From Mantamonas sphyraenae STR306 (taxonomy: Eukaryota; Protista; CRuMs), in assembly GCA_026936335.1 (NCBI GenBank), contig JAPMXV010000073.1, positions 1-64,000 on the forward strand: a stretch of DNA of 64,000 bases. Direction: 5' to 3'. Below, in pieces: positions 51,250-61,816 of the stretch. The notes below the pieces were generated by a model. The model saw nothing but the letters and a program-made list of their open reading frames with translations. It was not told the DNA's origin and made no database searches. The stretch's first letter is position 1. Each line of letters starts with the position of its first letter. The position numbers were made by a program, and so were the translations under genes.

Positions 51250-51588
51250 ATGAGCACACGCGTTTGCCAGACTTGCCACCAGACCACAGACCGAACCCAG
51301 GATTGTCGCTATGGCCAGCGATGCCGGTATGGAGCCGAGCGATGCCGGTTCCACCACTGCCACCACCACCACCACCGGTCACGATGGAGTGGTGAGCACA
51401 GCCACCGGACGCAGCCGCAGCAGCAGCAGCAGCAGCAGAGACACACGAAGAAGCAGCGGGAGAAGAAGCAGGAGGCAGGAGACGAGGAGCAGGCAGAGGG
51501 AGCCATGACCGAGCAGCTGATGCAGGTGGTCGTCACCGTCAGCACAGCTGTGGTCACCAGCATCCTCCGATCACGCGGATGGATCTGA
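51250..51588 (+). CDS. Small zinc-finger-header protein (112 aa) with hydrophobic C-terminal helix
   Basis: MSTRVCQTCHQTTDRTQDCRYGQRCRYGAERCRFHHC...QVVVTVSTAVVTSILRSRGWI. Confidence 0.7.
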   Translation: MSTRVCQTCHQTTDRTQDCRYGQRCRYGAERCRFHHCHHHHHRSRWSGEHSHRTQPQQQQQQQRHTKKQREKKQEAGDEEQAEGAMTEQLMQVVVTVSTAVVTSILRSRGWI

Positions 51589-52732
51589 GCCCACCTGCCC
51601 CCCCCCTGGACGACACACGTGGAGGAGGAGAGGAGAAGGAGAGACTGGGAGAGACATGGAAGAGAGAAGTGAGCGGGTGAGATGACATTCTCTCTTTTTA
51701 TCCCTTTTGCTTGTGTCTTGGTTCCCCGCACCACCCCCAATGTGTGGCAATGACACCAATCAAGAGATGCAAAAGAAAGAACCCACCCACAGATGTGTGC
51801 GTGGGGTGGGTTGGTGTGTGTGTGTGTGTCGGTGCTGGTCATGGTGGATCACCATCCATTGTCTCGGGCCATCCGCTGCAGAGCTCGCACCAGCTGCACT
51901 CGGTCATCCCCCGACGCTCGCCCAGGGTCGATGTGGGCGTTGGCCAGAAAGGCGCGGTTGCCTCGGGCCAGGTTGGGAGCTCCGTCTGCGTTGATGGCCA
52001 TCCACCGGTAGTCACCGCCGGTGGTCCAGGGCATGTTGTGTGTGTTTGCTGTGGGTTGGGGTTGGGTAAGCGGGGTGCGCTAGTGTCATTGTGGGTCCCA
52101 TGGTGCCATTTTGTACCCGGCAGGTGCCACCCACATGCTTCTGGGATCGCAGCCATGGCATTCTCGGTGTGCAGTCTCCCATCGACCTCCACCGCCAGAA
52201 TTCCTGATTCCCCACACCGCACCCGCCAGTCGACGAGAACGGACACATGGGTGGCATGGGATGGTCTCATACGACGCTTGTGTTCCATGGAAGCCCATTC
52301 ATGCGGTTCATTGCAGGACACATGTGCGTGTGCATTGTCCAGGTGGATCGAGTGGGTGGAACAAGGAGTTGACTTTGGGCACGACGATGGGGTTCTTGAA
52401 CGGCCAATTGGGCGCGGGATTGAGTCGCACGTTGGCGGGGAACAACAATGGGAACCATTGTGGATGACCATGGATGAGGGAATATCAGCAGCTGCGGTGC
52501 GCAGTGGGGACTACGCTTATCCTTTCACCCGTGGGTTTCATGGAGGGAGGGCTTCATTGAGAGTTGTGGAGAAAGACACGCAGAGAGAGTCTGTGTGTGT
52601 GTGTGTGTTCAGTGACGTACAGGGGGTGGTGAGGTGGGGAAGGGTCATTGTGTTTGGCCAAAAACAACCCTCTCGCTCCACCCTTCGTCTTTGGCTGCTT
52701 GCTCACGCTGCCGACGTACAGACACGTTCAGG

Positions 52733-54184
52733 ATGAGTGAACGATTGATCAAGGAGGAATGGAGAAAGTTGCTGCATGGCGGTGATGAGCAAGCTATCAG
52801 TGAAGCCCTGGAACGTGCTGGCAAAGTATGTGTGTTGGATTTGAGGGGCATCCCTTCCATGGTGAGGTCATGAGTGGCAGCAGACTGGGAAACTGACAGC
52901 ACAATGCAGGAGCTGAACCTCCAACGCAACCAGATCGGGGACGAAGGGGCAGCTGCGTTGGGCACAGCACTGGTACAGAACAGCACATTGCAAGTCCTGA
53001 AGCTCGGAGGCAACGAAATCGAGGACCAAGGGGCGGCTGTATTGGGCACAGCACTGGCACAGAACAGCACAGTGCAGGTTCTGGAGCTCAATGGCAACCT
53101 GATCGGGGACGAAGGGGCAGATGCGTTGGCCACAGCACTGGCACAGAACAGCACCTTGCAGGTGCTGAGCCTCGGTGGAAACCTGATCGGGGACGAAGGG
53201 GCGGTTGCGTTTGGTTCGGAGCTGGCACAAAGCAGCACATTGCAGAAGCTGGTGCTTAATTACAACCAGATCGGGGACGAAGGGGCAGCTGCGTTGGGAA
53301 CGGGACTGTCACACAACAGTACATTGCAGGTACTGGAGCTCAGTGGCAACGAGTTCGGGTACGAGGGGGCAGCTGCATTGGGCACAGCACTGGCACAGAA
53401 CAGAACATTGCAGGTGCTGGAGCTCATGGACAGCCAGATTGGCGACGAAGGGGCAGCTGCGTTGGGCACAGCACTGGCACAGAACAGAACATTGCAGATG
53501 CTGAACCTCTTGAACAATCAGATTGGGGACGAAGGGGCAGCTGCGTTGTTCACCGGACTGGCACAGAACAGAACATTGCAGAAATTGCTGATTCCCTCTA
53601 TCCCATCGCTGACACGCAGAAATCTGGCTCGCAATACCCAAAAGGCAACTGCGTTCGTCAACTCTGTCCGCAATGGTGATTTGGTGACCATGCAAGAACT
53701 ATTTGCATGGGGCGTCCACGTTGATGTGCTGGTGGGCGAGGAACGTTTGATCACCCCGCTGCTGATCGCTGTTCAAGCAAATCAAGCAAAAGCCGCGAGA
53801 GCCTTGTTGGAGCATGGTGCCACTGTGACCCCTGCTGTCAGGGAATGGATGGATGATGTGGGCTGGTCACCCCAGTGGCACTTTCTTTGGAGCCCACAGC
53901 TGGACAAGCAAGTGGAGACGGCCATGGTGATGAACATGGAGGAGCGGGAAGTGATGTTCGGCGCAGGGAGCATGGCCGAGTACGAGCCCACGGCTGAGTG
54001 GTGCACCCAGCCTGACGAGGTGGTAACGAGGGTCATGGGATGGCTGATACGACTGCCTGAGGACCAATCACCGACGCCAGCTGGTGGCAATCAAGCACAC
54101 AAGCGTCAGCACGACGACGACGACGTAGTCCACACTACAGGCAACGATACCAGCATGCACGATACCAAACGACATCGTGTGTAG
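52733..54184 (+). CDS. LRR (8) + ankyrin + C-terminal F-box-like protein
   Basis: Exon 1 at 52733-52825, intron 52826-52909, in frame with ORF 52874-54184. Confidence 0.88.
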
Positions 54185-54803
54185 GCAAAGTCTCTTTGCA
54201 AGCAGTCACACGTTGTCTTCTGTGCTCCATTTTCCAGGAGTGTAGCACATGGCAAGCGTTGGTTGGGATGTTGCAATGTGGAAGTGGTGTGTGGCTGGTG
54301 TGGACGACCAGAAAGACGCCGGAAGATTGCGCGGGGCTCCTGCTCTGCCACCGTACGCACGCAGCAAGGTGGAATCCTCCAGGGAGGCAGATGGTATCAT
54401 GCACAGTATGGGACGGGAACACGTGCCAGCAGGTTTGGCATGTTGTGGTGACACCCGGGGCAGCGGCAACTTCCGCCAGGTTCAGTGCCCTGCGCTGCGT
54501 ATTAGCGCAGATACAACACCAACGAACAGAGCCAAATGGTCATGGGCATGCACACACACACACGAATCACCGCACATTGTGTGTGGTTGCATCGAGGACG
54601 ACGCAGCATTTGGGTGGGAATTCCACCCTTGGATTGCGACTGCATGCCGGGAAGACCCCGTGGTTGTTGCGATCCCGATGCATGCAGTTTGCCAACACAC
54701 TGTACTTGATGGAGATTCCACTGGCAAGAATGACAGTGGTACAACACAGCACACAAAGAGCAAGAGAGACCACACCACAACCCAACACACCCAACCGCAA
54801 GAG

Positions 54804-55142
54804 ATGAGCACACGCGTTTGCCAGACTTGCCACCAGACCACAGACCGAACCCAGGATTGTCGCTATGGCCAGCGATGCCGGTATGGAGCCGAGCGATGCC
54901 GGTTCCACCACTGCCACCACCACCACCACCGGTCACGATGGAGTGGTGAGCACAGCCACCGGACGCAGCCGCAGCAGCAGCAGCAGCAGCAGAGACACAC
55001 GAAGAAGCAGCGGGAGAAGAAGCAGGAGGCAGGAGACGAGGAGCAGGCAGAGGGAGCCATGACCGAGCAGCTGATGCAGGTGGTCGTCACCGTCAGCACA
55101 GCTGTGGTCACCAGCATCCTCCGATCACGCGGATGGATCTGA
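54804..55142 (+). CDS. Small zinc-finger-header protein, same protein sequence as 51250-51588
   Basis: Identical translation. Confidence 0.7.
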   Translation: MSTRVCQTCHQTTDRTQDCRYGQRCRYGAERCRFHHCHHHHHRSRWSGEHSHRTQPQQQQQQQRHTKKQREKKQEAGDEEQAEGAMTEQLMQVVVTVSTAVVTSILRSRGWI

Positions 55143-56308
55143 GCCCACCTGCCCCCCCCCTGGACGACACACGTGGAGGAGGAGAGGAGAAGGAGAGACT
55201 GGGAGAGAGATGGAAGAGAGAAAGTGAGCGGGTGATTCTCTCTTTTTATCCCTTTTGGCTTGTGTCTTGGTTCCCCGCACCACCCCCAATGTGTGGCAAT
55301 GACACCAATCAAGAGATGAAAAAAAAAAAAGAAAGAACCCACCCACAGATGTGTGCGTGGGGTGGGGTAGGGTGTGTGTGTGTGTCGGTGCTGGTCATGG
55401 TGGATCACCATCCATTGTCTCGGGCCATCCGCTGCAGAGCTCGCACCAGCTGCACTCGGTCATCCCCCGACGCTCGCCCAGGGTCGATGTGGGCGTTGGC
55501 CAGAAAGGCACGGTTGCCTCGGGCCAGGTTGGGAGCTCCGTCTGCGTTGATGGCCATCCACCGGTAGTCACCGCCGGTGGTCCAGACTCGGGCGCGTCGC
55601 TGTCGCTCGTTGGGCATCTTGTGTGTGCTTGCTGTGGGTTGGGGTTGGGTAAGCGGGGTGCGCTGGTGTCATTGTGGGTCCCATGGTGCCATTTTGTACC
55701 CGTCAGGTGCCATCCACATGCTTCTGGGATCGCAGCCATGGCTTTCACGGTGTGCAGTCTCCCATCGACCTCCACCGCCAGAATTCCTGATTCCCCACAC
55801 CGCACCCGCCAGTCGACGAAAACGGACACTTGGATGGTATTGGATGGTCCCACACGACGCATGTGTTCGATGGGAGCCCATGCATGTGGTTCATTGCATG
55901 ACACATGTGTCTGTGCATTGTCCAGGTGGATCGGGTGGGTGGAACAAGGAGATGGCTTTGGCCACGACGATGGGTTTGTAGAACGGCCAATTGGGCGCGG
56001 TGTTGAGTCGCAGGATGGCGGGGAACAACAATGGGAACCATTGTGGATGACCATGGATGAGGGAATATCAGCAGCTGCGGTGCGCAATGGGGACTACGCT
56101 TATCCTTTCACCCGTGGGGTTCATGGAGGGAGGGCTTCATTGAGAGTTGTGGAGAAAGACGCACTGAGAGAGAGTGTGTGTGTGTGTTCAGTGACGTACA
56201 GGGGGTGGTGAGGTCGGGAAGGGTCATTGTGTTTGGCCAAAACCCCTCTCGCGTCACACTTGATCTTTGGCTGCTTGCTCACGCGGCCGACGTACAGGCA
56301 CGTTCAGG

Positions 56309-58640
56309 ATGAGTGAAGGACTGAGCGATGAGGAATGGAGAACGTTGCTGCATGGCGGTGATGAGCAAGCCATCAGTGAAGCCTTGGCAAGTGCTGGCAA
56401 AGTATGTGAAGACATGAGGGCATCCCTTCTGTGGCTTGAGAGTGGCAGTGGACTGGGAAACTGACAGCACATTGCAGGAGCTGGACCTCAGCTACAACAA
56501 GATCGGCGACGAAGGGGCAGCTGCATTGGGTACAGCACTGGCTCAGAACAACACATTGCAGGAGCTGAACCTCCGTTTCAACCAAATCGGCGACGACGGG
56601 GCAGCTGTATTGGGCGCAGGACTGGCACAGAACAACACATTGCAGGAGCTGAACCTTGGACTCAACAGGATCGGCGGCGAAGGGGCAGCTGGGTTGGGAA
56701 GAGGACTGGCCCACAACAGAACATTGAAGGTGCTGAATCTCATGAGCAACCAGATGTGGGACGAAGGAGCAGCTGGGTTGGGCACAGGACTGTCACAGAA
56801 CAGCACATTGCAGGAGCTGGACCTCGGTGACAACCAGATCGGGGATGAAGGGGCAGCTGCGCTGGGAACAGGGCTGGCACAGAACAGTACATTGCAGGTA
56901 CTGGTGCTCGGACGCAACAAGATCGGGAACAAAGGAGCATCTGCGTTTGGCACAGCACTGGCACAGAAGAGCACAGTGCAGGTGCTGGAGCTCTGGAACA
57001 ACCTGATCCGGGTCGAAGGGGCGGTTGCGTTGGCCACAGCACTGGCACAGAACAGCACATTGCGGGAGCTTACCCTCAAGGAGAACCAGATCGGGGACGA
57101 AGGGGCAGCAGCGTTGGGCACAGGACTGGCACAGAACAACACGTTGGAGGTGCTGATCCTCCAGGACAACCAGATTGGCGATGAAGGGGCAGCTGCGCTG
57201 GGAACAGCGCTGGCACAGAATAACACGTTGGAGGTGTTGATCCTCCAGGACAACCAGATTGGCGATGAAGGGGCAGTTGCATTGGGAACAGGACTGGTAC
57301 AGAGCAGCACATTACAGGTGCTGGAGCTCAGGAACAACAAGATTGGCGCCGACGGGGCAGTTGCATTGGGCACAGCGCTGGCACAGAACAACACGTTGGA
57401 GGTGCTGATCCTCCAGGACAACCAGATTGGCGATGAAGGGGCAGCTGCGCTGGGAACAGGGCTGGTACAGAGCAGCACATTACAGGTGCTGGAGCTCAGG
57501 AACACCAAGATTGGCGCCGCAGGGGCAGTTGCATTGGGCACAGCGCTGGCACAGAACAACACGTTGGAAGTACTGAACCTTAGGCGCAACCAGATCGGCG
57601 ATGAAGGGGCGACTGTGCTTGGCACAGAACTGGCACACAGCAGCACATTGCGGCAGATGGACCTCAGTTACAACCAGATCGGCGACGAAGGGGCAGCTGC
57701 ATTGGCCATAGGACTGGGAAAGAACAACACATTGGAGGTGCTGTACCTCAGAGGCGAGTTGATCCGGGACGAAGGGGCAGCTGCGTTGGGCACAGCACTG
57801 GCAGAGAACAGCACATTGCAGGAGCTGTACCTCGGTGACACTCTGATCGGCGACAGAGGGGCAGCTGCGTTGGGCACAGCACTGGCACAGAACAGCTCAT
57901 TGCAGGTACTGGAGCTCAAGAACAACAAGTTTGGCGACAGAGGGGCAGCTGCGTTGGGCACGGCACTGGCAGAGAACAGCACATTGCAGGAGCTGTACCT
58001 CGGTGACACTCTGATCGGCGACAGAGGGGCAGCTGCGTTGGGCACAGCACTGGCAGAGAACAGCTCATTGCAGGTACTGGAGCTCAAGAATAACACGATC
58101 GGCAAAGTAGGGGCAGCTGCGTTGGGCACAGCACTGGTACAGAACAGAACATTGCAGAAATTGCGGATGTCTTTCTCGATACCTCGCATGCCACGCCACA
58201 ATCTGGCTCGCAATACCCAAAAGGCAACTGACTTTGTCAACTCTGTCCGCAATGGTGATGTGGTGACCATGCAAGAACTCCTTGCATGGGGCGTTCATGT
58301 TGATGCGCTGGTGGGCGGGGAACATCCAACCACCCCGTTGCTGATCGCTGTTCAAGAACATCAAGAAAAAGCGGCGAGAGTCTTGTTGGAGCATGGTGCC
58401 ACTGTGACCCCTCGTGTCAGAAAACGGATGGATGAACTGGGCTGGTCACCCCGGTGGCACTTTCTTTGGAGCCCACAACTGGACAAGCAAATGGAGACGG
58501 CCATGGTGATGAACATGGAGGAGCGGGAAGTGATGTTTGGCGCAGGGAGCATGGCTGAGTACGAGCCCACGGCTGAGTGGTGCACCCAGCCTGACGAGGT
58601 GTTAACGAGGGTCATGGGATGGCTGGCACGACTACCATAG
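56309..58640 (+). CDS. LRR (20) + ankyrin + C-terminal F-box-like protein, tail cut short by TAG
   Basis: Exon 1 at 56309-56401, intron 56402-56477, in frame with ORF 56436-58640. Confidence 0.88.
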
Positions 58641-58787
58641 GAGCAGTCATTGGCCAGCTGGTGGCAATCGGGCACGCAAGCGCCAGCACGACGACGATGA
58701 CGACGTATACAGGCAACGATACCAGCACGCACGACACCAAACGGCAAACAAAACTACCATCCACACGACCAACCCATCCAACAAGCG

Positions 58788-59964
58788 ATGAGCACACGCG
58801 TTTGCCAATCTTGCCACCAGACAACAGACCGAGCCCAGGATTGCCATTTTGGCGAGCGATGCCGCTTCGGCCCCGAACGATGCCGCTACCATCACTGCTA
58901 CCACCGGCGTGGATGGCAAAGTGAGTGCAAACACCGCATGGAGCACCAAAGCTACAAGGAGTGGCAGATGGAGCAGCCCTGGCGACGGAAGCAGGATCAG
59001 CGAGCACAGGACAACGAGCGGGAGGCACAGGACACCGAGCAGGCAAGGAAGATCCAGCTGCTGTATGAGGCTCCCAATGGCCGCACCGGTGCCATTCTCC
59101 TCACAGAGAACAGCACCATCGCCACGCTGCACACATCACTTGCTGACCGCGTGAGGATTCCCGAGGACAGGCTGTGGATGACACACCATGGGAAGCCGCT
59201 GCGTCCGTCGACATCGATATCAATCCACGACTACAACATCGATGAGGGAAGCATCGTCCGCATCATGCTGCGCAACTCGTGGCACCACGAGCCGCATGAC
59301 ACCGCGGAGACAGAGACAACCACGACACCGGCAGCCACACAATTCACATGTCCAATCTGCGACGACGACGAGGTCGACCCGTCCACCGAGGCCACGGCGA
59401 TGGGATGTGGTCACAGGTTCTGCCACCAGTGCTGGTCGAAACACATCGAGGCACGCCTGGGCGAGGCACCGCAGATCCGCTGTCTCGAGAGTGGCTGCGG
59501 AATGGTGGTGGACAGTGGTACGGTGAGCCGTGTAGCAGATCAGGAGCTGTGTGACCGCTACGAGCACATCTGCCTCGGCAAGGCTCTGGACGAGCTGGGA
59601 TTGCTGTACTGCGCCAACACAGAGTGCAGCAACGCCTTTGAGGCCGACGCTGGCGACAGCTACGTCTCCTGTGCCGCCTGTGGACACAAGCACATGTGTG
59701 TCATGTCGTGCAGCGTGGCACACCGGGATGACATGTGCTGAGGCCAGGGATGCATCGTCCATCCAGGAGGTGGCATCCCTGAAGACCATTGCCCAGACGA
59801 CAAAGGCATGTCCCGAGTGCAACACACGCATCGAGAAGAACGGTGGGTGCAAGCACATGACGTGCAAGAAGTGTCAGCACGAGTTCTGCTGGGGCTGTTT
59901 GCAGCCATACACACGCACAGCAAGAGGTCTCAGTGTACAATGTCTGGACACGTGTACAGTGTAG
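58788..59964 (+). CDS. Zinc-finger header + ubiquitin-like + RBR (Ariadne-like) E3 ligase; frameshift near 59690
   Basis: Header MSTRVCQSC. Ubl TIATLH...[15 protein letters not shown]...[16 protein letters not shown]1 CPIC...[13 protein letters not shown]2 [32 protein letters not shown] lies in ORF 59551-59964. Confidence 0.82.
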
Positions 59965-60947
59965 CACAGGAGCAGTGAGGAGGAAATGGTGTGTCTGGCT
60001 GCGGATGGAAGAGAGAATGGAGCGGGTGAGATGATGCATTCTCTCACTTGTTGTCACTCTTGCTTGTGTCTTGTTCCTCCGCACCCTCATGTGTGGCAAT
60101 GACACCAACCAAGGTATGAAAAAAGAAAGAACCCACCCACAGATGTGTGCGTGGGGTGGGTTAGGGTGTGTGTGTGTGTGGGTGCTGGTGCTGGTCATGG
60201 TGGATCACCATCCATCCAAGCAGACGTGGAAGTCCTCGCTCCACTCCTCAGCCGCCCCTCCTGGCCGATGCCCACGGTGGACGTGGGCACTGGACAGGTT
60301 GGGTCGTCCGCCTGCGTTGGTGCTCCTGCTCCGGTCTCCACCGCTGGTGGACCAGGATGGGGCGTGTCGCTGTCGCTGGTTGGGCATCTTGTGTGTGTTT
60401 GCTGTGGGTTGGGGTTGGGTAAGCGGGGTGCGCTGGTGTCATTGTGGGTCCCATGGTGCCATATTGTACCCGGCAGGTGCCACCCACGTGCTTCTGGGAT
60501 CGCAGCCATGGCTTTCTCGGTGTGCAGTTGCCCCTCGACCTCCACCGCCAGAATTCCTGATTCCCCACACCGCACCCGCCAATCGACGACAACGGACACA
60601 TGGGTGGCATGGGATGGTCTCACACGACGCATATGTTCCAAGGGAGCCCATGCATGCGGTTCATTGCATGACACAAGTGCCTGTGCATTGTCCAGGTTGG
60701 TCGGGGGGTGGAAGCAGACAAGTGTTGCCACCGCCATGTCCCTTTGTGCACCACCACCCTCTCCCCCTTGACGCTGCCTCTGTGCAGTGAATACACTGCA
60801 CATGGCGGTCACTCACATGTGCCTGCACACAAGGCTGCACATGCAGTGTGTGTGAGTGCAGTCGACTGTGCCCAGATGAACTTAAATAGGATCCAAGCGA
60901 CCTCCCGCCGCGACAAACCGACCATCCCAACCCATCCAACCCAATCC

Positions 60948-61106
60948 ATGTGTGTCACCACCCACCACCCAACCACCACCGCCATCCACGCACGCGCAGA
61001 GTGCATCTGGTGTGGAAACACCTTTTCCACACGAGGGATGGTGTGGACAGGCTTCCACTGGCTCTGCCGGCGGTGCTACGACGACGACGATGCCAGTCCC
61101 GGGTAA
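60948..61106 (+). CDS. Possible small CxxC-CxxC zinc-ribbon peptide
   Basis: CIWCGNTFSTRGMVWTGFHWLCRRCY, preceded by a CCAAC-rich leader like neighbouring genes. Confidence 0.3.
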   Translation: MCVTTHHPTTTAIHARAECIWCGNTFSTRGMVWTGFHWLCRRCYDDDDASPG

Positions 61107-61816
61107 GGATCTGTGGGGTGGACACGAGGTGAGGAGAGGAATGCCAATGAAGAGAGAGCACAGACACATACACACATTCTGTCCCTCGTTGCCTCCTCTT
61201 GCAAATCGATCACCGTGTGAGGGAAGGATGTGTTGAAGCAATCAGCCAGCTGCTGATAATGGGTCGTTGCAGTGTCCATTCTGGAGTGTGCTGCAGGGAG
61301 AGATGAAAGACACCAGCTTGCACTGCACCCACGTCCCACCCCTCCCTCCCTCCCTCGCTCTCCATGCAGGCCATTGCCACCCCACAGAAGCACGCACAGG
61401 GCCATCACCAGTCACTGCACGCAGTGCATGGCGGCATGGACGACAATGGTCGCCTCCCAACGTGCCGCCACCGCATGTGTGCAATGACCGTCTCACATGG
61501 CCCTGATTCCCGTGCGTCTGTGTAATCACTGGCCCAAACAGGAGGGAGTGGTGGGTTGGGGTGGGGGTATGTGGGTGTGTGGAAGGTGGGGCGTGTTTCA
61601 TCCCCAACCACCGCCCACTCCCTCCTATCTCATCGAGCATCCACTGCCTGTACGTCTGACGCGTGTGCAGTTCGATTTGCAGCACCATCTGACCATCCTC
61701 AATGATTGGATCACCACGGGGTGCTTTTCTGCTGACGGCGCTGAACGGTTGGGTTTGTGTGCAGTGACACAAAGGATGCCCCCGCTGACCCAAACAATCG
61801 ACACACGCGGCTGCAC

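Larger units (their letters stand above)
48228..60695 (+). repeat. Tandem segmental triplication (units start ~48228, 52286, 55870), each with an LRR gene and a zinc-finger-header gene
   Basis: Shared flanks such as gagcccatgcatgcggttcattgca recur at ~48232, 52291, 55875 and 60645. Confidence 0.88.

Noticed and set aside
48809-52873. Conserved in-frame TGA before the LRRs as readthrough or selenocysteine
   Set aside because: It lies inside a GT-AG segment with a branch point, and the third paralog has a frame-breaking deletion there.
48848-58160. Regular repeats with variable inserts as a CRISPR array
   Set aside because: They are 84-bp in-frame LRR coding units in a eukaryotic gene.
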